Position numbers and translations under genes: made by a program. A stretch of DNA of 64,000 nucleotides, from positions 861,252 through 925,251 of the forward strand of contig NMRA01000010.1 of NCBI GenBank assembly GCA_002633005.1, written 5' to 3'. The first letter of the stretch is position 1, and every line of letters begins with the position of its first letter. A model generated the notes under the pieces. That model had not been told where the DNA came from and ran no database searches. It saw only the letters and a list, made by a program, of their open reading frames with translations. The stretch is from Phoronis australis (Eukaryota; Animalia; Phoronida). This document shows, piece after piece, positions 23,429 to 36,500 of this stretch.

Positions 23429-26400
23429 TCAGGTGCATTCCACGGTATTTGTGCCATGGACTTAAAAATTTCAAATCAGCATTTTAACTTGCATTTTGAT
23501 GTTTACACATAGTTTAATCATTGAATTTTGTTGTCTGCAGGTCCATTTTCTGTTAGTCTTAGAAATTTTGCTTTTATCGGAAGGTTTATCTCTTATTTGT
23601 AAAATTTTGCGTTACAGATGTGACATAACTTTTTTCATAATTTTTTCTACAGACATGAAGAAATAAATGCCAAAATTGTTTTAATATATCATTTGCTACA
23701 CAAGAAGTATACTAACAGTTGAAACTACCTGATTTTTTGATAATTAGTATTTCCAATTAAACTTTCAAATTAGTGAAAGTCACATCTGTAACATTTAAGT
23801 AACAAAAGTTTTGATTTTAGGAAAAAAAGTAAATCAATTTTAACACAATTTAATTTTCTCTTTATTCACCCTAATCAACATAATTTAGCAAAATTTCTCA
23901 AATGTATCTCAATCCAGTTCCAAAAAAATCAAAAAACATTTCAAGTCACATCTGTAACAGTTTGTTACAGATGTGACATGATGTAAGAAATGTGACCATC
24001 TTTTGCAGCCACTAAGTAAAGATTTACTTTTCATGACTCAATTTTTAAAAGGTTTGTATGATTAATTTGAACAAATAACTATGAAGAATTGTTAAAGCCA
24101 CTGTTAATCATCTACTGAGCCAAGTACTCCCCGTTTAGCGATAGTTCACGGCTAACAGTAACGTCGACACACACTGTGGTGAAGAACACATGCACTGAAG
24201 GTCCCCTTCATTCACTATAGCAACCAGCTGAAAAATCCACAAACTCCACCCAAAGCACAAGCTGAAAATCCGCCTACTTCACCGGAGGCATATCCCCCTT
24301 CATCTGAGGGACTGATCAGTGTTTTTTCTGTCAGTGATTTTGTGGTTGTTGAGTTCCGAGGTATTCGTTTCAAGCAAGGTGTTCCATCAAAACTGGTATT
24401 ACGGTGTTAAGCAGATAGACCAGAGTCAAAAACGTACTACCGCACCTTCAAAACAGCTTACCAGCCCGAAAAACACAAACCCCGACCTCTAAAACAGAAA
24501 CCCTGGGGATCAGACAGGACACCCCGGACCGAAACACCACTCCTGTACTTGCTTTCCAACATTGTTTATCGCAAGAAAATAATGCCTTTATTAGCCCTCC
24601 GTGTTCATACGACTTGTATCAATTTCTATTTCACATTTTGATGAAACAATAAATCTTCCTATTTTAAATAGTTGATGTGATATGTTGTTTTAAACAACTT
24701 AGGNACAAACCCCGACCTCTAAAACAGAAACCCTGGGGATCAGACAGGACACCCTGGACCGAAACACCACTCCTGTACTTGCTTTCCAACATTGTTTATC
24801 GCAAGAAAATAGTGCCTTTATTAGCACTCTGTGTTCATACGACTTGTATCAATTTCACATTTTGATGAAATAATAAATCTTCCTATTTTAAATAGTTGAT
24901 GTGATATGTTGTTTTAAACAACTTAGGACTGATCTGTAGCAAAAAAGTGTTCATTCTTAAATCGGGGATGTGTACAGTGTACTAGACAGGGTGCACAATG
25001 AAAAATGGCATGTGCTTGAGTAGTGGATGCCACAATGGTCACAGAATTCTGAGGGATTACCTACCAAAAAAGCATGTGAATGCGTAGAGTTCAGAAATTC
25101 CGATTCCAAATTTAGTGATCATTGAGAAGTTGAAGTAACTCTTCTTGAGGACAAGAACAGAAAAGTTGGTGACCACAAATTGCACGAGTTTTAAGCAAAA
25201 ATTCAACATAACGTAAGTTACGTTTTATTAATGCTAATCTTTAACAAATTCAGAAAACAAATGGAAAGTACTAGAAAATGCTCAGTTTGAGGCTATTGAC
25301 GTTGTCTTAGAAAATTTGAAAAATTGTCAAGATTCCCTATTTGATCACTGGGGTTCGCGTTTTAAAAGCCGGGTTTGTTTTTCGGGCTGGTTAGCTGTTT
25401 TGACTCTGGGATATTTGTTTCACGCTAGGATTCCAATTTCGATGGAACAATTGTGTCCTAGGAGCTCAAACGTTGCATAGACCATGATGGTTGAAAGAGA
25501 TGGTATCAAAGTCACTGTCATGAGAAAAACAGATAGTAACAAGACTGCGTTCAGTTTACCAGCACAAGACGACACCACATGGATTGACGGACCAAATAAT
25601 CAAAAAACTGCCTGTTCTGCATATCGATCATTGCTCAGAATAATTTACAAGGACAAGCAACTGTCGCAGCCTAAACGAACATTTAATCCTAAGATTTTAG
25701 CTCAGTACGTCATGTCAGCATTTCACGTCACTTCGTAATTATACCTGTATGAGTGTTTATGTTGGTCTTAGTTAGTTGTACCTGATTTACTCCTGTTACT
25801 AAACTCAACTTTTTCAAGGTGGTTTAAGGACTTACTTGGTATAGTTTTTGTATTTTTCTCTCAGTGACCACAATTTCATAATGAAGCTAAAAACACAGGT
25901 GCACGCAAACAAGCAAAGTAAATTTTAAGACTCCATCTATCAAAAACACTAAAATAGTTTACCCACAACCCTTACATACACTTAATGGGATTTTATTAGC
26001 TTTTTTTCCTTAAAATTGCATTCTACAACTCTGTATAGTGCAAGTGCCAAATAGTCACATCTGTAACAGTCACATCTGTAACGCACGTGGTTATTTTAAA
26101 TTGCTCATAATTATACAGAGACTTGATTTTAATTCAAAAACCTTTTCTTCATGTTATAGCCAAATAAATAGTTAAATTATCTATAGGGAAACTAGTTCCA
26201 TAATATGAAAGACAGAACAGAGTTTTTAGACAAACCACCATTAGCATATTAACCATGGCATTTTCGGTCACATCTGTAACACTAATTAAAAGTAAATTTT
26301 AGTACACTTATAATGTGCAGAATTTAAAACTTTTGATACCTGAATTGCTTCCATCAAGTGTGTAATGTGTACTTAGAATTTCTTACCACTGTGATGCTTC

Positions 26401-26475
26401 ACTAATTTTATATTGAAATTTAAAGTGTCTGAATGTCACATCTGTAACAAAACCAATACCGTGGAATGCACCTGA
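23429..26475. mobile_element. Non-autonomous DNA transposon with 21-bp perfect TIRs and subterminal 14-mer repeats
   Basis: TCAGGTGCATTCCACGGTATT (23429-23449) / AATACCGTGGAATGCACCTGA (26455-26475); GTCACATCTGTAAC x8; no clean TSD seen. Confidence 0.85.
24380..25450. mobile_element. Nested element with long imperfect inverted repeats
   Basis: caaaacagcttaccagcccgaaaaac (~24449-24474) vs gtttttcgggctggttagctgttttg (~25377-25402), with flanking similarity extending to gttccatc/gatggaac. Confidence 0.65.
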
Positions 26476-28652
26476 ATAGGCTGTCCACAACTGACCACTT
26501 GGCCTTTATTCAGTTTCAATGGGCTATGGCCAGTTGCTGCCAAGCGTGATTTGAACCAATGAAGACCTGTATTTTTAAACTGGTCGCAGGATTTTCAAAC
26601 AGGAAGCGGGACATTTAAACAGGCCGCGCGTTCAGCCAAACAGGACGCTGCGACACGTTAAAAGTGGTCGTGGAGAACACTGTATGGGAGTATTTGTTCA
26701 AGTNGTGGAATAATTGGGTGAGTAAGACAACAAGCCGGTTTTATGCTTAGGCGGACGACTATAGGGTTTCGGAGTGTACGTGTTACTGATCGGAAATAGC
26801 GGACCCTGATTTAGAGAACCAGGCAACCACCCTCAGTGGCGACCAGTGCCCCAAAAATCTGGGAATGTGGGTAAAAATGTGTGGCTTTGGTCTGTTTGGA
26901 CAACAGTAAACAAACGCCGATTAGCGTCCCAGGTCACGCCGTTTTCGCCCTCGGATCAAGGAAAAAGTGACTCAAAATGACCAGGTTTCACTAAGAAGTC
27001 GACCAGCTGGCGCTAAAACCATAGTTACATTTATATATATATACCAGAGCAGCAGTATTACCTGATTACAAACAACTTAGTTCCACGGTTTTCTGCTTGA
27101 TCACAAGTTTGCATAGGCTGCAGGAACACGAGCTCGAGAGGTCAGCAAACACAAACCCTAGCGAGACGATCTCGCCACCTGGTGACTGACCTAACGATAA
27201 CTTGCTACTCTCGCGACATCTGGCGACGAAAGCTCATTCTTGTCACGGCGTTTGGAACTCTCCATGCATCTACGCCCCGTATTACTGAGGTGCTCAAAAC
27301 GCATTGGATTCTTTCCAATCAGATCGTGATTGTGAATCAGAAAATTGTTAAGTTTTCTTTTCATATGAAAATAAGTGAACACAGGGACTATTCATCAAAG
27401 GAGCAGCAAAAGACCATCGTAAAACTGGTCTAAAATTCATCAGCTATTCCGGGTTGGCCAGTCAAGTGGCGCATTCAAAATGGCAAAGTTGTCTCTTGAG
27501 TTGCGGAGGTCATGGTTCTGCAACTGTTCAGTCAAGATCGAATGAGCATGTTATTTATCGTGGGCCGGTCAGGGCCGGGTGGCAGTATCGGACTCCGTAA
27601 TCAGTACGCGGCTTTGACAGAAACTCAGCTAGTGTTTTACGACCAAAATATTTCGCCCGTATTTAATACCGAGACGCCGTTAGTGTTTTACAATCGTAAT
27701 AGTTACATCCGATGAGTAATTACTTTTGTAGATCACGTGCAATGAAGCTCGTAATTCTACGATTGTGTTTTTCCGTCACTCGTAGTTTTACGCTCTTAAT
27801 TTTAGTCAGTCGTTAGATTTAAGTACCGGTAGCCCATTAGCCATTAAACTAATTAATATGAAGTTGGCATTGTTTTTGGGGTGCAATGGTTTGTTCTTCA
27901 AATGTCTTCAATAAAGAATGATGGTATACCACAAACATTTAGAAAGTCAGCTGCATTAACCCCGTTTTTCGCAATGTCCTACGATCATCTGAACGCAGTG
28001 TTAAAAGTAAAAGAATAAAACGTGGTCTAAATATTGAAAATATATGGTGATTTTCACAAATAAACTAAAATAAAAGCATTATCAGACAACCTGCTAGTTA
28101 TACCCAATGAAACCTTAATATGTAATAAAACGCACTACTTTCAAATGCTTGAGATGGCTAGGGCAGTAAGTAAAAAATCAGTCAGTTTTTGATATTTTTC
28201 AATCTTTTGCACTTTCTATTTTGCACCTGGGATTTTTCCTTTTGAATACTTCATAACATGCAAAACATTCGACCGTAAAATTACGAACGTAAAATTATTA
28301 GCTAAAAATACTAGCGTAAAATTACGAGCGTATAACTCTTTAAGAACTCAAGTAACCTACAGACCAATTTTTCATTGAATATAATGATTACGGTCGTAAA
28401 TCACAATCGAAGACTCGAGCGTAATTACGGGTGACACTTTCAACCGAGCGGTGGGAACGATGGTAACATCTTGTCGTATCCCAAAGCGCTTTGGTTAAAG
28501 ATGCATTCCGCCTTATTTTCCTGGATAGAGCAAACTGAATCGAACTCAGTCATGATTTCTTACCGCCAGTTACCAACAGTAAAGCACAAAAATGGTTCCA
28601 GGTGATCAGTACACCCGGGTCCACCCAAGCCGTGGCCTGCGCTCGTATGGTA

Positions 28653-29206
28653 TATGAAGCGCCAAAGGGCTCTAAACTAGTACCTTTCTGTGCGTCGAAA
28701 TGTGCTAAATCAACGCGTAGATTTGCTTAATCAACGCACTGAATTAGTTCTTAGATAAAACTGTTCTGCCTTTATTCAACGCGCACTTTTGCTTTATCAA
28801 AGCCTAGTTTTACTAAATAAAGGCGCTGAATTAGTGCAATCAAAGACAAGTTTACATTCAGTGCGTAACAGCGCCATCATTCACGTGGTCATTTGATACG
28901 AATATGCAACCTTCTTCAGAAGTTGCCTTGCACCCACTATGTAGAAAGTCTTCCGCTATTTTGAGATTTGAGAGCATGCGCGTGATTGGGCTACATGAAT
29001 GGATTAAATGTACACGTTGAATAAGCAATAGTGTGCGTTTATTAAAACAAATACACGTTGATTAAGCAAAAGTGCGCGTTGAATAAAAGCTGAACGATGA
29101 CCCTTTAGCAACTAATTCAATGCGAGAATTAAACAAAACTACGTGTTGATTAAGCACACTTCAACGCGCATAAAGGCACTTGTTTTAGAACATTTTGGCC
29201 TTCATA
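28653..29206. mobile_element. MITE/foldback element with ~190-bp imperfect TIRs
   Basis: tatgaagcgccaaa...tttattcaacgcgcacttttgct vs agcaaaagtgcgcgttgaataaa...ttttggccttcata. Confidence 0.75.
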
Positions 29207-30433
29207 CTGATACAACGTGTACCAGACCACCTGCAGTTATTTTCGATTTGCCAACAATAACTTCGATAGCCAAATGAGTCAACGTTACGTACGTTTATTA
29301 TGTACGCAAATTACGTATCGCTAAGAGCGTAATGTTAATTCTTAACGCCGATACTTGACTTTTACAGCGTAAATTGATTAATTCCAGCGTGAATTAATTA
29401 TCTGCGACTCAAACTAGATTTTCATTGCAAAAATTAATTATTTACGACGTAAAACAAATTTAGGTTACGTATCTAACTTACTCACGTAAATAAGGTAAGT
29501 TAAGATAAGGAAATAATCTAAACAGATACAATTTTACTTCAAAACCGTTTTCTTTTAATGATGTTATCGATTGCAAATAACGGCCCAAGTAAAAGATCAA
29601 TTGAACACTCTCCCGCAACACAAGTCAAACATATTAACAATTTAATAAAATTAACATCCAATTCAATTTAATCTGTTCATTTTGACATTAATTCTATGAA
29701 AATCAAATGCAAAACTCAGTTAAATAATCGCACAGAGTTATTATTGCCTTTTTGTTATGCAATAAACCCAATCTGGTGGAAATAATTACAGGCACACCAC
29801 TTTCTAACAAAGAGCAGTTGGAATCTCCTCATCAATAGGCCAGAATTCCTTTGAGGTTCTAAGAGACCATGCCGGTTAAAGCACCTTGCTTAGCCTAGTC
29901 TTGGTGTAGCAAGGTCTATGAATGCTATTCCCATATCATGTAATTTTGACACAACAAAATGGACTCTATAACCAACAATGAGCCAGTTCAAAGTTGGTAT
30001 TATTACTTGGTGTGCTTGAAGGAGGGGGGACTTATTTTGATAATTTTCCTTTGAGTTGCAAGGTTGTCTGTCAATATTTTCTATACATGCTGCTAAGGAT
30101 GAGGGCAAAAATCATTTTAAAAACGTATTTGCACAATTCTTGGATCTAGTAATCCCACCTTAACACAATCGCAACACCAACACCAACTTTGAGCAACTAA
30201 ATAAAGAAAAAAAGATTTGATGTTAGACTCGTGTTACAGCAGGGTTAAACCTGATGCTGTACTGGTTTAACACGTGGGTTGAGGTTACAACGGTTTAGCA
30301 GCACAGCCTTTTCATCAAGTCACTTCACGTAAGGCGGTAGTGCAACAGAACATGAAAAACATCAGCAATTACCGCCAGCTGGTTGTTGGAAAGGGTCTGG
30401 GCAGGTGGTATCAACGTTCTACAATGTAAAGCG

Positions 30434-30546
30434 CTACTTTTTCACACTTATCGTGTAATACATCAAATCCAAACTTGTTAAGCTCAGCCTCTGTCTCATA
30501 ATTTCATCAGTGTCCTTGTCGACCATATCAATATCACAACCTTGTC
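30434..30546 (-). CDS. TPMT: TPMT copy 2 terminal exon 7B
   Basis: QGCDIDMVDKDTDEIMRQRLSLTSLDLMYYTISVKK*. Confidence 0.9.
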
Positions 30547-33500
30547 CTAGAAACAAACGAACCAATATAAATGTAGGAAATAAAAACTGAAATAAAATCA
30601 AGTCACTTTGGTTAGCATGACTGTCAGTGACTTCCACGGAAGCCACAGAAGATGACTGAAAGCACGTTTGGTACTATAACTATGTCATTTCCAACAGAGA
30701 GAACCGCAAAGCATATTATGCCGTTGACTGTGGTCATCTGTTGTGTTCCTATGCGCACACACCCACATACCCAAGTGCGTGCATAGGCAGTCCCACCAGA
30801 AATGCTTTGAATTTGCAAAGGACCAGCTGATGTTCATAAAAACAACGGTGGATTTAAATGGCTTGATATGTTTCGGCGCTTATTAAAACACCATCCTCAA
30901 AAGAAAAAACAATGGCCACCTTGCTAGGTCGAACAACAGGCAATGATACACAGACACAGTCAGTTACAGAGGAGTAACAATAGACTACACTAACAGTGAC
31001 AACCTAAGGACGGTGTTTTAATAAACGCCGAAACATGTCAAGCCGATTTAAATGCATCATAGTTTTTATTAACATATGCTGCTACTTGCTTTTATGGAGA
31101 ACAGGCGATTAGATTTGAAGTATGATATCAAGTGCAACGACCTTTAAATGACACCGTAATTGCAAAAGGCAAGCTTCATATTTCCCGCCATTGATGCTTC
31201 AAAATTCACGGCAGCATAGCGTGATGACTGAAACATTGCGAAGGTTATAAAATGCTTGCCGAATAGACCAACAGCAGTATCATTAGACAGAAAAGGTAAC
31301 CATTTAAAAGGCGAACCTTTTGGTGTCATTTTTAATTAAATTATGATCTTTTGGCTACTTTAATTTTCAAGTTACAAGTTCAACATAAAACTTGAAAAAA
31401 TAAAACAGGAACAACATACCGAATAAAACTTCAAGATCTTTTCTGGTTACATTAAATGGACTTATTACCCTGTCATCGGGGTACTCAAAGGTTTGCACGA
31501 ATATAACGCCATCTGGTGCAACCAGCGATTGGATGAGAGAGACATACCTGCCAATAACAGACAAAAGACACAACTGAAAAACAACTCTAAATCAAAAACC
31601 AATCAATTTGGTTTGACTGTAAACATTCAGTTGAACACCCACTACTTACGGTAAAAACTCTCCAATGTGGGACAGTATCTAAAACTTGGGACATGGAAAT
31701 TCACACAAAATTTAATTTTCTTAATCCTGGAACTTTTTGCCACCTCCAATGATTCTTGTATTTGGGACGGCCATTATTTTCCATTTCAAGAATTTGGGAC
31801 AAGCTCTGACCTTGAGTAAAATAATTAATTTATCACTGTTCCAACTTGGAGAATTTTTATCATATTTTTCAAAATCTTCCCTCAGACTAATACACAAGCA
31901 CATTACCTTCATCACTAAATTGACTTTCAAATAGTAAAGTACACCTTCAAATGCAGAAACCACACACAGTGTAATTTTCGGTGGGGGCCATCATCTTCTG
32001 CCACACATTAAAAATCGTTGTGCAGTTGAAACTGACATGGAGACTCATCAGCCACAGAATCTCATTATACACTACAACAAATTCATTCCCGCCAGTGCCC
32101 CAACGAAGAGCCCAAGATGGACCAGAAAGTTATGCTCTCAAATATACGCAAGCTGCTGACACATACGGTAACAATAATTATTTGAGATTGATTTTTCATA
32201 AGAACCTGTCTCTCCTAGAAGTCTGAGGGCCACATCCCAACTTCATGTACCTAAATGACACTAATGACACACAGAGGGTCACTTGTGGTTTATGGCTGAA
32301 CTATTTTTGCATATAGGGGATGTGCAGTATTGAATGCCAAGGGAGAAAACTCGATTGAGGAATTTTGTGCAAAATTAATTTCGCAGGAAGTCAAAAAATT
32401 TTGATGATTTTTACTTCATAGAAAACTACAGTAAGTATCGAATATGTAAACAACAAATGTCGCAAAATTTTGTCTTGTGAAAATGTCACGGCGGCATCAA
32501 TACATCATTCGGCCAGGGCATACAGCGCCTCTCAAAAGCCCTTTTGTCAGGAAGTTTTTTCAGTAGTGATTTGCAAATTTAAATTACAAGGAAAAAGAGG
32601 AATTTTGCACTTAGATTTATCTAACTTTACATCTTCAACGACTTTGCGACAATCACGTAGCAGGTCAATCACGGGAACTTTTTCATTGTGTATTTTCTCC
32701 TTTCTTAAGTTGCACAGTTAGCTACTCAACTTTTGCATTACCCAAAACACCTTACCCAAAATACCTTACCTAAAATACCTTACCCAAAACACCTTACCTA
32801 AAATACCCACCTGAAACAATACACGAGAGGATGAATTACCTCTCACAGCAAACTACGCAGCCAAGATGATGCCTGAGACGTAAAATAACCACCTGCGTTG
32901 GTGGCATATCCTGACCAACTTGCGCTAACGGTGAGCACCATCAGGTATATAAAGGACCAAGATTCTACAATTAAGTCCAATTATTTCCCCAACATACTTT
33001 TCCCGTTCACTTCTGTTCACAGCCACCAAAGCAGCCCTGTCTATAACCACATCAAAGTGTCCCTCAAGTGAGCTAGAAAACAAAATAGCAAGAAGTTATG
33101 GATTTGTTTGTGATTAAATATTACAGTGGCAGATCTACGATTTCAGTAAGGGGGGGGGTTTAGGATTCGAGAGAATCCGAGGCGCCTAGTGCCGAGGAGA
33201 AGGAAGGTCGCGAGAGGGTTTCTCTCCTCCCGTGTAAGATTTTTTGGGATTTTAGTAGCTAATTTCGTTTTTCTGGCGATTTTTTTTCCAGTTTTTATTT
33301 TTGATCCTGTCCCGAGGGGGGGTTTAAACCCCCTGAACCCCCCCTGTAGATCCGCCTCTGCATAATACGTTCTGTTGAAAACACGGTTCCATTTAAGAAC
33401 ATCATAACAAGCTTTATTGATTGTTTCTCCATCAGGTGGCAGTCTGATCCCCTAAATTGTGATCACATGACAATAATGATATGCATAGTGATCACACACA

Positions 33501-36500
33501 ATGACAGCATGCACCATTTTTCAACTGAGTAAGTACAATACGCGGGGAAAATCCAGTGTCTTGCTGTATATGCCTTGCATAAGAATGTACATTAACCTTC
33601 TCAAAAGAGATCTCTGCAGCATTTCAATGGACAATATTCACACAGTCGCCATTTTAAAAATGAGCCTCTTTTTAGGCTTAAAAACAATATTTAAATAAAG
33701 CATGCGAAAAAATCACACTTTGCACTTTGACTAAGTGTGGAATGCATTGTTTTCAAAACCTAATTAGAGGGTCACTTTTAAAACGGCGACTACGTGAATA
33801 AGGTGTATAGCTGGGGAATTAACAAAATTGAATGTTAATTGGTGTGGTGGTGAAATATCAGAAGCAGTTCATTCTTTAATTTGCCATCTGAACTAAGTCG
33901 CACATAATATCTGCATTTTTGTTCAGTATGAAGTCACTGTAAAATTTTACGACATAAGGTGCTGTCATTGCGTACCATATTTAACAAAAACATGACAGAA
34001 AACAAATTCAGCAATCAGCTATTTGTAAACAGAAATAATACTAAAATGTTTTATCAATTCAGCAATGTCACAAAACAAGTATTGCTTCATAGCTTTTTTG
34101 CAAACAGTGCTCAATACCCTTACCGAGAATTTGCTGCCCAGATAATTCAATTAAATGATATACGAATACTGGTCACACTCGCTCAAAACAGTCTAATGCA
34201 GCTCGGTTGAAATTATGATTTTCACTTACATACCTTGAGAAGTCATAGAAATCCCCACAGTATATCTTAGTCCTTCCATCATCACTCTGAAAGTGGAGAG
34301 TGTATCTCACAAACTTAAAAACTCTAATAAAAGGAACTCACTTCAAGAGGAATGCAGGTCATTTTCAGTTACAAAAAACTTCTGATAAGCATTAGACGAG
34401 ACTTGGTTGAAAGAGTCTAGACTGTGGCAGCATGTAATGTAAACCATCATTCCGGGCTCAGCTATCCAAAACTACACGTGAGTAATAAAATAATTGTCTT
34501 CACAGCCAGTACAATAAACGTTTTATTAATCTGTGTTTAGATACACAGTCCAAAGGGGGAATTTGTATATCAAGAGCATAGTTCACAAAGAACTGCTTTC
34601 ACTGACCTTGGATATCAGTTTTAAAAGGCCTATTGTGTTTGAGTAACACCCATGATTTACAAAATGTCCGCAAAATTCTAAGCCACTATGAGGATCAGAT
34701 ATACTCTTCAACCCAAAATGATGTTCAAGACTTAGTGAACAACAAGAGCGGGGCTGCTCAGTTCCATGAGAAGTAACTCAAGACAAAATTTTGTCTTAAT
34801 CTCCCTCTTCACTATTGTCGTATGTTTTTTAAACTGCATTTGTTATCATAACATTGTTTAGCAATTAGGTTTGCGAATTATTTGACAAGTAATAAGTAAC
34901 TGTGCATACAATGTTAAAGACTTTGTACATGGTTGTTGAAGTGGAAGTAAATCATTTTTCAGAAACAGTTGTGGAGGGTAATATCAAATTTCCGACTTAA
35001 GACCTGAGGCACTTAATAATTAAACAGGTCAAAGTGCCACGTTTCATCAATAGCGTTTTTAAAAGTCGCTCATTTCAAACATGTTTTTGACAAACACAGG
35101 TAAACTAGTTTTACAAACAAAGAAAAGGAATAGTACTGCAACAAATCAATTTACCAAGGCAATAAGGATTGAATAAGACATTTTGATATCATAGCAAACT
35201 AGGTAAATCTTTGCACAATTGGACTGACAATTCTTTACAGACCTTGAATAGTTTTCCACTGTACTGTGTACTCTCATCCACAGTGTAGTCAACACCTTGT
35301 TCACTACAAAACTCTTCAATGGCCTGTTGTACATACTCAACACCTACAACAGTGTGACCCAGGTCAGCCACCCTACAATCAACAGAGGTCAAAGGTCTAA
35401 AATACACAATACTAACCAGGCATTCATACGGTGATTACTTAGGAAACATGAAATCAGTAAGTCATTCTCCCTTCAGTGGAGTTAGCTATAAGTTTTTAAC
35501 ATTTGCTTTGCATGTACTTTTGTGAAGGTCAGTGGCATATATGAAAAGCATGCATATCTAAACCAAACAGTCCCCAAGATATCAATGGACACCAAAAGCT
35601 CATAATCAAAACAATCTTTAATTTCAAAAAATTCTTAACACAGCATATCATTGATGGAGGAGAATGCCTTGCAAATTGTGCAATAGAGTGCATCACGTCT
35701 TTGGAGTAGATACACCCGGACATATATACCTGGTTCAAAAGGTACGCCAGTGTCAATGTTATTCTTTGTATCTGACTTTAAGTTCAGAAATACAATCTGC
35801 CAAATGTACATCATAGATTTATAGATGAAATTCACATCAACACTGATTTTCTTACATTTCACTTGCGCATCATTAGTTGCTATTGTGAGAATTGACCCAT
35901 TTAAAATCCTATGGTGCTGCAAAGCACGTGGACATGTTTTGAATAAAGCAAGATGCATCTAGGAGTTTTTAATCCACGGTTCTAGTCAACTGAGTTTTAT
36001 TCAAAGGTGCAAACACAGCTTGATATACAGGTTTATGGGCCTATATACAAACACATGAGCCAGTTGAAATGCTCATTTACTGTACACGCCTGAAAGAAGT
36101 AAACAGATCAATTTTAAAAAAAAATGTTATATGGCTTTTAAATAAAATTAAAATACTAGTGAATCACCGCTTTAAATCGAGCAGCCATGAAAGACTCACC
36201 ATTTCATATCCACCGACTTGCCACAGAAAGGGAACAGAATCTTAGCTTTGTGATTACCCACCAATTTGTCGAGGTATTTGACGAGCATTCTACAAAAACA
36301 ACCACATACAAATCATGAGTAAAACAAAAATTTAACCTGATGAAACATAATCACGCCAATTCCCAAATTTTGAAAATGCATGCATTAAATTATCAGCGAC
36401 TACGTGTCAGCTTAACTTAGAAATGTATCAAAAGAAAATGGCAATGCCCTAAAGAAAGTCCTCCTTGACAAATTAATATTTATAACTGCCTGCAGCATAA

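Noticed and set aside
23302-30440. Four-domain read-through from copy 2 exon 7B (latent AA|gtag donor) into copy 1 exon 1A via the acceptor-like ctgtag| 10 nt before the ATG
   Set aside because: The phase-2 join places TGA in frame (T TGA GCC ACT ATG) before the copy 1 start
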